A stretch of DNA of 48,302 bases from Deltaproteobacteria bacterium (lineage in GTDB: Bacteria; Desulfobacterota; Syntrophia; Syntrophales; UBA2185). The position numbers were made by a program, and so were the translations under genes. The stretch spans positions 1-48,302 of the forward strand of contig JBAWYD010000002.1 of the NCBI GenBank assembly GCA_037143735.1. The letters run 5' to 3'. Each line of letters opens with the position of its first letter. The stretch's first letter is position 1. The notes under the pieces were generated by a model. It searched no databases and was not told where the DNA came from. It saw only the letters and a program-made list of their open reading frames with translations. Shown here piece after piece: positions 9,999 to 20,353 of this stretch.

Positions 9999-11111
9999 TC
10001 ATGTTGCATGAGAAGAAATATTCAGGAGAATACCGACTGCCGTGAGGGACATGATCAGCGATGTCCCGCCGTAACTTATAAAGGGGAGTGCCAGGCCCTT
10101 CAGGGGGATCAGTCCCATCACGCCGGCTATATTGATGAATGCCTCGAGGGCAATCAGCATGGTCAAGCCGGCAGCAAGCAGGGTACTGAAAAGGTCAGGG
10201 GCCTTGAAGGAAATCAAGAATCCTCGGACAATGAACACGACAAAGAAGAAAATGACGATGGCGACCCCGATAAAGCCACTTTCTTCAGCAATGATGGACA
10301 GGATGAAATCCGTATGAGGCTCAGGCAGATAAAATAATTTTTGCATGCCATCCCCGATTCCAACACCAAATGTTCCACCGGAGCCGAAGGAAAGGAGAGA
10401 CTGGATAATCTGAAATCCCGAATGCTTCGGATCTTTCCACGGATCCAGAAAACTCATCAGCCGCTCCAATCGGTAGCTCTTATGAAAAATCAGCCACAAG
10501 CCGACCGGGGCAAAAAGGGCAGCGAGGCCTGCTAAATGCGCTATTCTGCATCCGGACAGATAAAGCATCAGCAGCAGGATCGTCGTGATGATTACAGCCG
10601 TCCCGAAATCCGGTTCCAGGATAATCAGGCCGACAATGAGCAGGGTGACAGAGAGGGGGATCAGTACACCTCTCTTGAATTCAGTGACGTGCTTGATTTT
10701 TCTTGTCAGTAAATGTGCCAGAAAAAGGACCATGGCAATTTTGACCATTTCGGTAACCTGGAATGAGAAAATACCCAATCTCAGCCACCTGGTGGCGCCG
10801 CCGGCTCGAATTCCCACATGGGGGATCAGAATCAGTGAAAGAAGTACCACCGATACGAAAATGCCTGGATAGGCCAATCTTCTGAGTTGATCGAAGGGAA
10901 TCTTTGTCATGAAAACCATAAGTCCCAGCCCGAGGAGGACAAAAAAGATCTGTTTTTTGAGGAAAAACTGTCCGTCTTTAAACCGTTCCATAGCGATAAT
11001 GGAACTTGAACTGTAGATCATGACTGTCCCGATGGTTACCAGGACAAGTGTCACGAGAAGCAGAATAATGTCAGGCTTCTTTCCTGTTAAGGAAAAGATT
11101 TGCATTTTCAC
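9999..11111 (-). CDS. ftsW: SEDS-family peptidoglycan glycosyltransferase / lipid II flippase FtsW
   Basis: 370 aa polytopic membrane protein with the FtsW/RodA C-terminal PLKGLALPFISYGGTS motif. Sits between murD and murG. Confidence 0.92.
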   Translation of the reverse strand: MKMQIFSLTGKKPDIILLLVTLVLVTIGTVMIYSSSSIIAMERFKDGQFFLKKQIFFVLLGLGLMVFMTKIPFDQLRRLAYPGIFVSVVLLSLILIPHVGIRAGGATRWLRLGIFSFQVTEMVKIAMVLFLAHLLTRKIKHVTEFKRGVLIPLSVTLLIVGLIILEPDFGTAVIITTILLLMLYLSGCRIAHLAGLAALFAPVGLWLIFHKSYRLERLMSFLDPWKDPKHSGFQIIQSLLSFGSGGTFGVGIGDGMQKLFYLPEPHTDFILSIIAEESGFIGVAIVIFFFVVFIVRGFLISFKAPDLFSTLLAAGLTMLIALEAFINIAGVMGLIPLKGLALPFISYGGTSLIMSLTAVGILLNISSHAT

Positions 11112-12454
11112 AAATTCCTTACAGTGTCTTTGAAAAAATTACCACGTTCCCTATAGTTTGAGAACTCGTCAAAACTTGCACATCCCGGGGACAGCAATAC
11201 CACATCCCCGATTACGGAATGCCGGTAGGCAATCTCGGTTGCTTCTTTAAGGGTGGCGACGGGTGTGGTTTTCACCATTCCGCCGATCAGGTCGTTTATT
11301 CTTGACCTCGCCTCACCAAAAAGCACCAGTTCCTTGACTTTTTCTTTGATGAGAGGAGACAGGGTTTCAAAATCACCTTCTTTGTCCCTGCCGCCGAGAA
11401 GCAGGATGATGGGCCGGGAAAATGTTTCCAGTGCGCGAACAACGGCGCCCACGTTTGTCCCCTTGGAGTCATCATAGAAAACCACACCGCGTTTTTCTTC
11501 AACAAATTCAATTCTATGAGCGATTCCTTTAAAATCTTCTATGGCCCTCACGATATTTGCGGGTAAACACCCACATGACCTTGCAGCCATCACCGCGGCC
11601 ATGACATTTTCAACATTATGAAGACCGGGAATCTTTATCATGTCTATGGGATAATCTTCCCGCGTGCCGTCGGATGACCGATACACCAATCGGTCGCCGT
11701 CGGGAAACATTCCTTTCGACACCTGTTTCATAGAGCTGAAAAAGAGAACGTCTGTCGTCAGCTTCTCCGCAAGCTCCATCGCATCCGGTTCATCCCCGTT
11801 CAGGATGGCGATATCCCCCTGCGTCTGGTTTTTGAAAATCATTTCCTTTGTCATTCGGTAGGCCTCGAACGTTCCGTGGTAATCGACATGGTCACAGGTT
11901 GTGTTAAGGAGGATGGATATATGGGGACGGAATTGCTGGACCCACTGTAACTGAAAACTGCTTACTTCAACGACCACATAGTCGTCGTCCTGTTTTCCAT
12001 CGATATAACCTATGAGGGGATTGCCGATGTTGCCTCCGACAAAAACGTTTTTCCCTTCCATGGAAAGGATCTTTCCGATGAGGGTTGTTGTCGTCGTTTT
12101 TCCGTTGGTTCCCGTGATGGCGATCATGGGGGTTTTCAAAAATCGGTAAGCAATTTCGATCTCACTCAAAATCAATATCTTCCTTCTTGCGGCTTCGGAT
12201 AACAGAACGTTTGAGGGAGGCACGCCGGGGGAAGGAATAATCATATCCAGTCCGGAAAGAACATCCGGATCATACCTGGCGAATTCCACATCCAGGTGCA
12301 GCCTTCCGAGATCATCCACGGCGCCTCTCAATTCTTCCAGGGGCTTCTCGTCGGTTGCCACGACTTTAGCGCCCCGCCCGGCGAGAAAACGGATGGCGGC
12401 AATACCCGTTTTCCCGAGGCCGATCACTAAAATTCTTTGGTTATGAAGATTCAT
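11108..12454 (-). CDS. murD: UDP-N-acetylmuramoylalanine--D-glutamate ligase
   Basis: VIGLGKTGIAAIRFL Rossmann N-terminus and GTNGKTTTTTL P-loop. 4-nt overlap with ftsW. Confidence 0.95.
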   Translation of the reverse strand: MNLHNQRILVIGLGKTGIAAIRFLAGRGAKVVATDEKPLEELRGAVDDLGRLHLDVEFARYDPDVLSGLDMIIPSPGVPPSNVLLSEAARRKILILSEIEIAYRFLKTPMIAITGTNGKTTTTTLIGKILSMEGKNVFVGGNIGNPLIGYIDGKQDDDYVVVEVSSFQLQWVQQFRPHISILLNTTCDHVDYHGTFEAYRMTKEMIFKNQTQGDIAILNGDEPDAMELAEKLTTDVLFFSSMKQVSKGMFPDGDRLVYRSSDGTREDYPIDMIKIPGLHNVENVMAAVMAARSCGCLPANIVRAIEDFKGIAHRIEFVEEKRGVVFYDDSKGTNVGAVVRALETFSRPIILLLGGRDKEGDFETLSPLIKEKVKELVLFGEARSRINDLIGGMVKTTPVATLKEATEIAYRHSVIGDVVLLSPGCASFDEFSNYRERGNFFKDTVRNL

Positions 12455-12465
12455 GATAATTTCCT

Positions 12466-13545
12466 TTACCGCAACTTCAAGGTACTTATGGCAAGAAGGG
12501 CCAGAAGGATCGATATGATCCAGAAACGGACAATGACTTTAGGTTCCGCCCATCCTTTAAGCTCAAAATGATGATGGATCGGCGCCATCCTGAATATGCG
12601 CTTTCCGTTGGACATCTTGAACCAGCCTACCTGAAAAATGACCGAGAAGGTCTCGATCACAAATATTCCACCGACAATGGCAAGGAGGATTTCCTGTTTT
12701 GTAATTACGGCAATGGTTCCCAGGGCGCCGCCAAGGGAAAGTGACCCCACGTCACCCATGAATACCTGGGCGGGATAGGTATTGAACCAGAGAAATCCGA
12801 GCCCTGCCCCGAATGCGGCGCCGCAGAGAATGGCAAGCTCACCTGTTCCGGCAACATAAGGGATTTGCAAATAACTGGATATTTTGATGTTGCCTGCAAA
12901 ATAGGCAAAAAGGAGATAGGTCATAAAGCATGTGATCGTCGGTCCGATAGCGAGTCCGTCCAACCCGTCCGTCAGATTAACGGCATTGGCGGCGCCGACA
13001 ATGATAAAGGTCGACAGGATGATATATCCCCAGCCCAGGTCGGGCAAGACGGTTTTAAAAAATGGAATGGTCACATTTGATGTGAATCCGGGCTTGAGGT
13101 AAAGAATGATGCTGATGAACAGGGCGATCACCACTTCCCCGGCCAGTCTGAATTTCCCCGATATTCCCCGGCTGTTCTGGCCTGAAAGTTTTTTGTAATC
13201 ATCGAGAAATCCGATAAGACCAAATCCAACAATGACCAGGATGGTGAGCCACACGTAGTCGACCGTCAGATTTGCCCATAGAAGAGTGGAGACAACAACG
13301 GCAAATATGATCAGAATGCCTCCCATGGTCGGCGTGCCTTTTTTGGACAGGTGCGTTTGGGGTCCGTCATCCCGGATGGGTTGGCCAATCTGGAGAGACT
13401 GGAGTTTTTTTATCAGCCAGGGGCCGATGACGAAGCAGATAATCAGAGCCGTGACAGTCGCATAAATGGTCCTGAACGTAATGTAGCGAAAGACATTAAG
13501 CGAGGAAAACGTTGTATGGAGCGGATATAGCAGATGATAAAGCAC
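12466..13545 (-). CDS. mraY: phospho-N-acetylmuramoyl-pentapeptide transferase
   Basis: 359 aa polytopic protein. [13 protein letters not shown] and [11 protein letters not shown] motifs. Confidence 0.97.
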   Translation of the reverse strand: MLYHLLYPLHTTFSSLNVFRYITFRTIYATVTALIICFVIGPWLIKKLQSLQIGQPIRDDGPQTHLSKKGTPTMGGILIIFAVVVSTLLWANLTVDYVWLTILVIVGFGLIGFLDDYKKLSGQNSRGISGKFRLAGEVVIALFISIILYLKPGFTSNVTIPFFKTVLPDLGWGYIILSTFIIVGAANAVNLTDGLDGLAIGPTITCFMTYLLFAYFAGNIKISSYLQIPYVAGTGELAILCGAAFGAGLGFLWFNTYPAQVFMGDVGSLSLGGALGTIAVITKQEILLAIVGGIFVIETFSVIFQVGWFKMSNGKRIFRMAPIHHHFELKGWAEPKVIVRFWIISILLALLAISTLKLR

Positions 13546-13566
13546 TTTATGGTTCTCCTTCAGCCA

Positions 13567-14997
13567 TTAAACCGTATCAACTCCGAATGTTGTAACCATT
13601 ATCCGGACGATTTCTTCCATTTTCATCCTTCTTGATCCCTTCACGAGAATCCAGTCACCCTCTTGCAATGTCGGTTTTAGGTGCGATATGACCTCTTCCG
13701 GGGTCTCGAAAAAAAATATCCGGTTTCCTGGCATTTTTCTTTTGAGAGCCCCTGCTGCCGTCGCCCGGGAGAACCTTCCTCTGAGGAAAATCGTGCCGAC
13801 CCCAGTGTCTGCCATAAGACTCCCGATACCTTCATGCATCTCGTAAGCCCGATCTCCGAGTTCCAGCATGTCGCCAAGGATCACCGTGCTTCTGTGATTC
13901 CCCCGCAAGTCATTCAGCGTTTTCAGGGCTTCCCGAACCGATGCAGGATTGGCATTGTATGTATCATTGATGATGAATGCGCCGTTCTTCAATTGGCAGA
14001 TTTCCATCCGTCCGGATAACGGCGTAAATGCCGTCAAACCCTGACAGATGGTCGGGGGTTCAATTCCCAGGGCCCAAGAAGATGCGGCGGCAGCAAGGGC
14101 ATTATAGATATTATGTTCTCCTGTTACTGACAGATGAATCTCCTGTCGGATTCCTCCTGTTCTGAGGGTAAAGCTGCCCCCCCGTGCTCCCTCTTTTCTG
14201 ATATTTTCGGCAGCGACATCGGCATCCTCGGAAAGCCCGAAGGTAATCCTCTTCCCCCGCCAGATATGGGCGGACGTCCGTATGGAATCGTCATCCATGT
14301 TCATGATCGCGATCCCGGAAGTTGCCATGTTCCGGAAGAGGTCGCATTTTTCTTCCCTCACCCCATCAAGGGATTTAAGACCCTCCAGGTGGGCGGGACC
14401 AATGTTGGTGATCAGTCCGATATCCGGTTCGGCAATGCGGGTTAACCTTTCAATTTCTCCCGGTCTGTTTGTTCCCATTTCCAGAATCATCACGTCGTGT
14501 TGACCGGAAAGCGTCAGGAGCGTTATGGGGACGCCCACGAGATTATTAAAATTACCCTGTGCCTTGATGACGTTTTTTGTCAGTTCGGCAATGTCCGCTA
14601 TCATCTCTTTGGTGGTTGTTTTTCCGGAACTGCCCGTAATGGCGACGACAGATGCGGTGAACTTCTTCCGCCAGTAATGGGCTATGTCTCCCAGGGCTCT
14701 CAGTGTATCCTCAACGAGGATAATGGCTATATCTTTATCCAACGAGAGGCGCTTTGTCTCGGAATCCTTCTGAACCAGCAAGCCGGCAGCTCCTCCTCTT
14801 ACGGCGGCGGCGAGAAAGTCATGTCCATCGTATCTTTCCCCTTTCAGGGGGATGAAGAGGCTTCCGGGGGTAATCTGCCTCGAATCTGTTGAAATTCCGC
14901 GTAAGTGTCCTGCAAGATTTCCCTGGACGGGGATTCCTCCTGTGGCGGTCAGGATCTCCTGACCCTGAAAGATAGGTGTGGATTGTTGTGACTTCAA
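13567..14997 (-). CDS. murF: UDP-N-acetylmuramoyl-tripeptide--D-alanyl-D-alanine ligase
   Basis: Mur-ligase P-loop ITGSSGKTTTKEM; 476 aa; dcw position. Confidence 0.94.
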   Translation of the reverse strand: MKSQQSTPIFQGQEILTATGGIPVQGNLAGHLRGISTDSRQITPGSLFIPLKGERYDGHDFLAAAVRGGAAGLLVQKDSETKRLSLDKDIAIILVEDTLRALGDIAHYWRKKFTASVVAITGSSGKTTTKEMIADIAELTKNVIKAQGNFNNLVGVPITLLTLSGQHDVMILEMGTNRPGEIERLTRIAEPDIGLITNIGPAHLEGLKSLDGVREEKCDLFRNMATSGIAIMNMDDDSIRTSAHIWRGKRITFGLSEDADVAAENIRKEGARGGSFTLRTGGIRQEIHLSVTGEHNIYNALAAAASSWALGIEPPTICQGLTAFTPLSGRMEICQLKNGAFIINDTYNANPASVREALKTLNDLRGNHRSTVILGDMLELGDRAYEMHEGIGSLMADTGVGTIFLRGRFSRATAAGALKRKMPGNRIFFFETPEEVISHLKPTLQEGDWILVKGSRRMKMEEIVRIMVTTFGVDTV

Positions 14998-16535
14998 GTC
15001 ACGCCCCCTTTGCCGCTTCTGTTCTTCAAGGCAGTTTTTGCTATTTTTCTGTCGTCAAAGGGCATCCGCTCCTCTCCAACAATCTGGTAATTTTCATGTC
15101 CCTTTCCGGCGACGAGTACAATATCTGAAGGAGCGGCAAGGGAAACAGCCTTTTCGATGGCCTTCTTCCGATCCGGTATAATCGTATAACTTTTTTCATC
15201 CGACTCTTTGTTGAGGGTTTCTGGTGAAATCTTGTTAACGGGTATTTCACGAATTCCCTTTTCTATTTCTCTGATGATGGCAAGGGGATTCTCTGTTCTC
15301 GGATTATCAGATGTCACGATGGTCATATCGCTGAATGAAACAGCCGCCTTTCCCATAAGAGGTCTCTTCCCGCGATCCCTGTCACCGCCGCATCCAAATA
15401 CGGTGACAATCTTTCTCCTCTTAAATGCCGCCAGGTTCTGAAGCACCCGCCTGAGAGCGTCATCGGTATGGGCATAATCTACAAAAACAGCGGGTTCGTC
15501 CGACTTGCTGATCTTTTCAAGACGCCCCGGCACTTTTTTTAATTTTGCAACGCCTGTCCGGATAAAATTTTCCGGGATATTCAGTGACACAGCTGCCATG
15601 GCGGCCGCCAGGATATTATACAAGTTGAATTTTCCGATAAGAGGGGAGACTATGGCAAAGGAAATCGGCGCTGTATGAATTCTCGCCTTGATTCCTTCCA
15701 ATGAAAGGGTGAATGGATCAGCCGTCATGTCGCATTCGGTTTCAATTCCGAATGTCTGTGAGGGAACGTCTGTCCGGACTTCCCTAAAGAGCCTCTGCCC
15801 CCAAGGATCATCACCGTTTAGAATCATGAATTTTCGGTGCTTTCCCCCGGAAGGAAGTATGTCGTCGAAGAATCGCTTTTTGGTAAGAAAGTAGTTTTCC
15901 ATCGTTCCGTGATAATCCAGATGATCCCGGGATAAATTGGTGAAGATACCCATGTCAAAGGAGCAATCATCAACCCTTTTCAAATCAACGGCATGAGAGG
16001 CAACTTCTGCAATAACATGGGTAATGCCGGCATCTGCCATGATTCTGAGGATTTTTTGCATCTCGTAAGATTCCGGCGTGGTATTCGGAGCAGGCAATAC
16101 TTTTTCATTAAAACGATAGTTGACCGTTCCCAAGACCCCGACCTTGAAGCCAGCTGCTTTAAGAATAGACTCCAAAAGATACGTAACTGTTGTCTTCCCG
16201 TTTGTACCTGTGACGCCGATAAGACACATACCGGCAGAAGGGTCATTGTAGAAATTTCTTCCCAGGATTCCAAGAACACGTCGGCTGTCCCGAACCTTGA
16301 TGGCCGTGATACCGGATGGAGGCAGATAATCTCTTTCGTAAACAATAAATCGCGCCCCCCGTGCAACGGCTTCTGTGATATAATTATGGCCATCAACTTT
16401 TAAACCGGGGATGGCCACAAACAGGCTGTTTTTTTCACAGTGTCTGGAATCATAAGAAATGGCTGAAACATTGCCGGAGTAATTCCCTGCGATATGAAGC
16501 GGTTCAAAATCTTTCAACAGATCACGTACGTGCAC
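14994..16535 (-). CDS. murE: UDP-N-acetylmuramoyl-L-alanyl-D-glutamate--2,6-diaminopimelate ligase
   Basis: GVTGTNGKTTVTYL P-loop and the DNPR motif (TSDNPRTENP) associated with meso-DAP specificity. 4-nt overlap with murF. Confidence 0.94.
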   Translation of the reverse strand: MHVRDLLKDFEPLHIAGNYSGNVSAISYDSRHCEKNSLFVAIPGLKVDGHNYITEAVARGARFIVYERDYLPPSGITAIKVRDSRRVLGILGRNFYNDPSAGMCLIGVTGTNGKTTVTYLLESILKAAGFKVGVLGTVNYRFNEKVLPAPNTTPESYEMQKILRIMADAGITHVIAEVASHAVDLKRVDDCSFDMGIFTNLSRDHLDYHGTMENYFLTKKRFFDDILPSGGKHRKFMILNGDDPWGQRLFREVRTDVPSQTFGIETECDMTADPFTLSLEGIKARIHTAPISFAIVSPLIGKFNLYNILAAAMAAVSLNIPENFIRTGVAKLKKVPGRLEKISKSDEPAVFVDYAHTDDALRRVLQNLAAFKRRKIVTVFGCGGDRDRGKRPLMGKAAVSFSDMTIVTSDNPRTENPLAIIREIEKGIREIPVNKISPETLNKESDEKSYTIIPDRKKAIEKAVSLAAPSDIVLVAGKGHENYQIVGEERMPFDDRKIAKTALKNRSGKGGVT

Positions 16536-16544
16536 ATAAACCTC

Positions 16545-18533
16545 TCAGTTGCCCGTGCTGAAATGAATGGCACAGGTCCGCTTGGACGGGATTACAGCCC
16601 CGGGTTTCGGGTCCTGGCCGATCGCCCAGCCGCTACCCATTACCTGAATCTCAATCCCCTTTTCCTTTGCCATTTTCAGGGTATCTCTCATGCTCATACC
16701 CCTGAAATCGGGCATGATGGAATCGTCCTCCGAAGCGATTTGACTGTTTACAGAGCCTGGTAAAGAAACCAGTCTTATTTTTACACCGTTGTTTATTTTT
16801 TCCTCCTCCGGGGCGGGAGAGGGGGTTTCTCTGATGTTGGTCTTAAAACAGGTCAGAATCTGTTCGCCGATGTTTTTGAAAACGGGCGCCGCCGCCACTC
16901 CTCCCCACTTGTCTCTTTGCGGTTCATCAAGCGTTACCAGGATTGCCACCTGTGGATCTTCTGATGGGAAGAAGCCCATAAATGACGTTCGAACCCTCTC
17001 GGATGAATAAACCCGCCTGCTAAAATCGAATTTCTGCGAGGTTCCTGTCTTTCCCGCTACCGACACGTTCATGATTTGCGCCCTCTTGCCTGTTCCGTCG
17101 TCATCCCCGACGACTCCTGTAAGGATGGCCGTCATTCTTTTTGCCGTTGCAGGTGATATGACCGTTCTAACGGGAGTCGGGGCGACTTTCTTGACGATCT
17201 GGCCTTTCTTGTCCACGATGGCCCGGACGATATAAGGCTTCATGAGGACTCCCTGATTTGCAATGGCGGAAAGTGCCGTAATGAGCTGGATGGCCGTTAC
17301 GGAAACACCCTGACCGAACGCAATGGTTGACGTATCGACCCTTGTCCAGTTATGCACCGGCCTGAGGAGACCGCCGGATTCGCCGGGAAGATCAATTCCC
17401 GTTTTGGAGCCGAATCCGAATTTTGTAATGTAGTCATAAAATTTTTCTTTTCCTAATTTCTCCGAAATCTTCACGCAGCCGATATTGCTTGAATATTTGA
17501 TGACATCGCGAAAAGCGAGAGATCCATATCTTTTTCTGTTTGCTTCGTGGATAACCCTGTCGGCAATTGCATAGGCGCCGTTTTCACAGTTAAACCGGTC
17601 TGTTTCTTTGGCAATACCTTCCTCAAGGGCAGCAGCGGCAAGAAAAGGTTTGAAGGTTGATCCGGGATCAAAACAATCCGTGATGACCTTGTTTTTTCCT
17701 TTCCCAACGTTATAACTTCCGAACTTGTTCGGATCGAACCCCGGTTGATCGGCAAGGGCAAGTATTTCACCTGTCTTGGGATCCATAACGACGGCGAAAC
17801 CGCCCTTTGCACTTTTTGACGCAATGGCCTCGCTCAACTTTGTTTCTACAAGGTGCTGGATTCTGCTGTCGATCGTTAGAATGAGATTATAACTCTCCTC
17901 TTTTTTTGCGGCCGTATTTTCAACCCGCGGATAGAGTCTTTTTCCCTTGGCGTCACGCGCCCAGATCAAATTTTCAGGCGAACCCTTCAGGTAGTTCTCG
18001 TATTTTAACTCCATGCCTTCAAGACCCGTGGAATCCAGACCGACAAATCCGATCAGCCGACCCGCGAGTTCACCATTGGGATAAAAGCGTTTTGGTTCCT
18101 TGGTTAAAAAGACACCGTCGATATTCAACGCTTCAACACTGGCTGCCTGATCGGGAGGGATTTTTCTGGCCAGCCAGCAGAAATTTTTCGATCCTGACAG
18201 TTTTTTGAGAATCGTATCCTTATCTGTTTTGAGGATGGATGCCAGACTCACGGCAGCCTCAGATGGATTACTGATTTTTGACGGATCGGCGCATATAGAA
18301 TCTACAAGGATACTTGCCGCCAGTTTCTCTCCATTGCGATCAAAAATAATGCCCCTTTCGGGCTCGATATGCAGAGTTTTGATGTGTTGTCGTGCCGCAA
18401 GCGATTTGAGGCTTTCTCTTGAAAGCACCTGGATCTGGAATGCTCTCGATATTAAGGCGACAAAAAGAACAAGGAAAAATACAAGGAGTGTGAAAATCCT
18501 GAATTTCAGCCATTTTTTCGCTTCGCCGGTCAT
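16545..18533 (-). CDS. ftsI: peptidoglycan D,D-transpeptidase FtsI (class B PBP) with a C-terminal PASTA domain
   Basis: N-terminal TM. Transpeptidase motifs STFK (GSTFKPF), SSN (YSSNIG) and KTGT (AGKTGTS). The C-terminal MPDFRGMSMRDTLKMAKEKGIEIQVMGSGWAIGQDPKPGAVI is PASTA-like. Confidence 0.92.
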   Translation of the reverse strand: MTGEAKKWLKFRIFTLLVFFLVLFVALISRAFQIQVLSRESLKSLAARQHIKTLHIEPERGIIFDRNGEKLAASILVDSICADPSKISNPSEAAVSLASILKTDKDTILKKLSGSKNFCWLARKIPPDQAASVEALNIDGVFLTKEPKRFYPNGELAGRLIGFVGLDSTGLEGMELKYENYLKGSPENLIWARDAKGKRLYPRVENTAAKKEESYNLILTIDSRIQHLVETKLSEAIASKSAKGGFAVVMDPKTGEILALADQPGFDPNKFGSYNVGKGKNKVITDCFDPGSTFKPFLAAAALEEGIAKETDRFNCENGAYAIADRVIHEANRKRYGSLAFRDVIKYSSNIGCVKISEKLGKEKFYDYITKFGFGSKTGIDLPGESGGLLRPVHNWTRVDTSTIAFGQGVSVTAIQLITALSAIANQGVLMKPYIVRAIVDKKGQIVKKVAPTPVRTVISPATAKRMTAILTGVVGDDDGTGKRAQIMNVSVAGKTGTSQKFDFSRRVYSSERVRTSFMGFFPSEDPQVAILVTLDEPQRDKWGGVAAAPVFKNIGEQILTCFKTNIRETPSPAPEEEKINNGVKIRLVSLPGSVNSQIASEDDSIMPDFRGMSMRDTLKMAKEKGIEIQVMGSGWAIGQDPKPGAVIPSKRTCAIHFSTGN

Positions 18534-18547
18534 TATTCCTTCCCCGG

Positions 18548-18874
18548 TTACTTCAAGATGATGACCTGATCCCTTTCAGGATAGACCATTCCAAGTTTTT
18601 CCTTTGCGATTGCCTCTATTCGCTGGGGTGATTTCAAGGTCGCCTGTTCAACCTTCAGCTTTCTCTGCTCATCCAGGAGTTTTTCTTTTATACTTATTTC
18701 TCTTGCGACGGAATATTCCAGTTCCGTCATATGGATGTGGGACCACACATAGATAAGAGCGACAGCCATCAGTGCAAGCGCGACGAGAATAAATGTGGAA
18801 TATTTCACGCCCGCCTGTGTTTTCACATGGTCGTCATAGACGTTCCGCTTAATTGCCTCTTCTGACTGCATCAC
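18548..18874 (-). CDS. ftsL: cell division protein FtsL
   Basis: 108 aa with one TM (FILVALALMAVALIYVW) followed by a coiled coil. Sits between rsmH and ftsI. Confidence 0.85.
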   Translation of the reverse strand: MMQSEEAIKRNVYDDHVKTQAGVKYSTFILVALALMAVALIYVWSHIHMTELEYSVAREISIKEKLLDEQRKLKVEQATLKSPQRIEAIAKEKLGMVYPERDQVIILK

Positions 18875-19810
18875 TTATACCTTCTCGGCAACCCTGAGTC
18901 GGGCGCTTCTTGCCCTGGGATTGGATAATATTTCATCCTCAGCCGGTGTAACCGGTCTCTTCGTCAGCACCTTCAACTTAGGTTTTCTTTGACAGGTGCA
19001 CGTGGGGAAATCTGGAGGGCAGGTGCACCCCTTATCCCAGGATCGGAAATTATTTTTTACAATTCTGTCTTCCAAGGAATGGAACGAAATAACTAAAAGT
19101 CTGCCTGAGGTATGGAGCATATCAATTCCGCAATCAATGCCCTGGTGGAGGTTTAGAAGCTCCTTGTTAATGTATATTCGCACGGCCTGGAAGGTTTTGG
19201 TTGCGGGATGGATCCGTCTTTTCCTGAATTTTGAGGGTAGCGTTTTGGTGATGATGCCGGCAAGCTCGGCTGTCGTCCTGATGGGAGATATCTTCCTGCG
19301 CGCCGAGATCGCCCTTGCGATCCTTCCAGCCATCATTTCTTCACCATAGTTTCTTATTATGTTTTCTAATTCTTTTTCCGTAAATGAGTTGACGAGGTCG
19401 TATGCGTTCAAACTGCCGCTGCGATTCATGCGCATGTCGAGGGGAGCGTCTAACGTAAAACTGAAGCCCCGTTCCGCCGTTTCAATCTGATGAGATGACA
19501 TTCCGAGATCGAGAATAATTCCATCTACTTTTGGAATATTCATGCTCTGCAGGATGTGATCTATCTCAGCAAAATTACCTCTTACCAGAAAAGTCCTTTC
19601 TTTGAAGTCAATCAATCGCCTCTCTGATTCATGGAGGGCATCGTCATCCATATCGATACCGATCAACAGGCCGTCCGGAGCCGAGTTTTTAAGAATCTCA
19701 TAAGCATGTCCTCCTCCTCCGACGGTTCCGTCCACGTAAATGCCTCCCGGACGACACTGAAGGAATTGAACCACTTCTCTTTGCATGACCGGAATGTGAA
19801 AGACCGCCAT
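18875..19810 (-). CDS. rsmH: 16S rRNA (cytosine1402-N4)-methyltransferase
   Basis: HIPVMQREVV...DGTVGGGGHA SAM-binding motif. Start trimmed to ATG 19810 (MAVFHIPVM), 13 nt after the mraZ stop. The ORF-track start at 19870 would overlap mraZ. Confidence 0.93.
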   Translation of the reverse strand: MAVFHIPVMQREVVQFLQCRPGGIYVDGTVGGGGHAYEILKNSAPDGLLIGIDMDDDALHESERRLIDFKERTFLVRGNFAEIDHILQSMNIPKVDGIILDLGMSSHQIETAERGFSFTLDAPLDMRMNRSGSLNAYDLVNSFTEKELENIIRNYGEEMMAGRIARAISARRKISPIRTTAELAGIITKTLPSKFRKRRIHPATKTFQAVRIYINKELLNLHQGIDCGIDMLHTSGRLLVISFHSLEDRIVKNNFRSWDKGCTCPPDFPTCTCQRKPKLKVLTKRPVTPAEDEILSNPRARSARLRVAEKV

Positions 19811-19823
19811 TTCATAAGCCTTT

Positions 19824-20270
19824 TTATATTCCGAGATCCGACATATAGGTGCTGAAACTATCGACGTCACTTGCGGCCTTCTTCATTTCTTCATCAAAAC
19901 GTTCTTTGCTCCAGAGCTCTATGACTTTAATCATGCCTGCCAGCACGACGTCTTTTTCGAGGGCGGCGTATTCCCTTAGGTTGGGCGGAATCAGGACCCT
20001 TCCCTGGCTGTCAAATGAACAATCAACGGCGCCCGACATAAAAAACCGTTGAAATGCCCTGACCTCTCTTCTTAATATGGACTGGTGGCTGACCTTTTCC
20101 TCGATGACACGCCATTCATCGTAGGGGAATACCATTAAATAGTTGTCCCAGTTCGTAATGATGAGTCTGTTGTCGTATTTCTCGGAAAAAACTTCTCGGA
20201 GCTTTGCCGGGAAAATAATGCGCCCTTTCTCATCAATGTTATGATGATACTGACCTCTGAACACAGACAT
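19824..20270 (-). CDS. mraZ: transcriptional regulator MraZ
   Basis: [21 protein letters not shown] plus a second SpoVT/AbrB-like repeat DSQGRVLIP. Start trimmed to ATG 20270, preceded by GGAGGG at 9 nt. The ORF-track GTG at 20297 lies inside the operator repeats. Confidence 0.93.
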   Translation of the reverse strand: MSVFRGQYHHNIDEKGRIIFPAKLREVFSEKYDNRLIITNWDNYLMVFPYDEWRVIEEKVSHQSILRREVRAFQRFFMSGAVDCSFDSQGRVLIPPNLREYAALEKDVVLAGMIKVIELWSKERFDEEMKKAASDVDSFSTYMSDLGI

Positions 20271-20283
20271 CTGGTAATTCCCT

Positions 20284-20307
20284 CCACAAAAAACCACTTT
20301 ACTCCAC
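20284..20307 (-). promoter_or_regulatory. putative MraZ operator: three direct GTGG(A/T) repeats with exact 10-bp phasing
   Basis: The minus strand reads GTGGAGtaaaGTGGTTttttGTGGAG. On the plus strand the CCAC cores start at 20284, 20294 and 20304. The repeats lie 8 nt downstream of the -10 hexamer. Confidence 0.6.
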
Positions 20308-20315
20308 GTTGGCTA

Positions 20316-20345
20316 ACTATACGGGAGGGATATTTTATTTGTCAA
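20316..20345 (-). promoter_or_regulatory. Pmra-like sigma70 promoter of the dcw cluster (TTGACA-N18-TATAGT)
   Basis: On the minus strand, -35 TTGACA is at 20340..20345 and -10 TATAGT at 20316..20321. This lies in the 83-bp gap between the mltG stop and the mraZ ATG. Confidence 0.65.
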
Positions 20346-20353
20346 GAAAAAAA

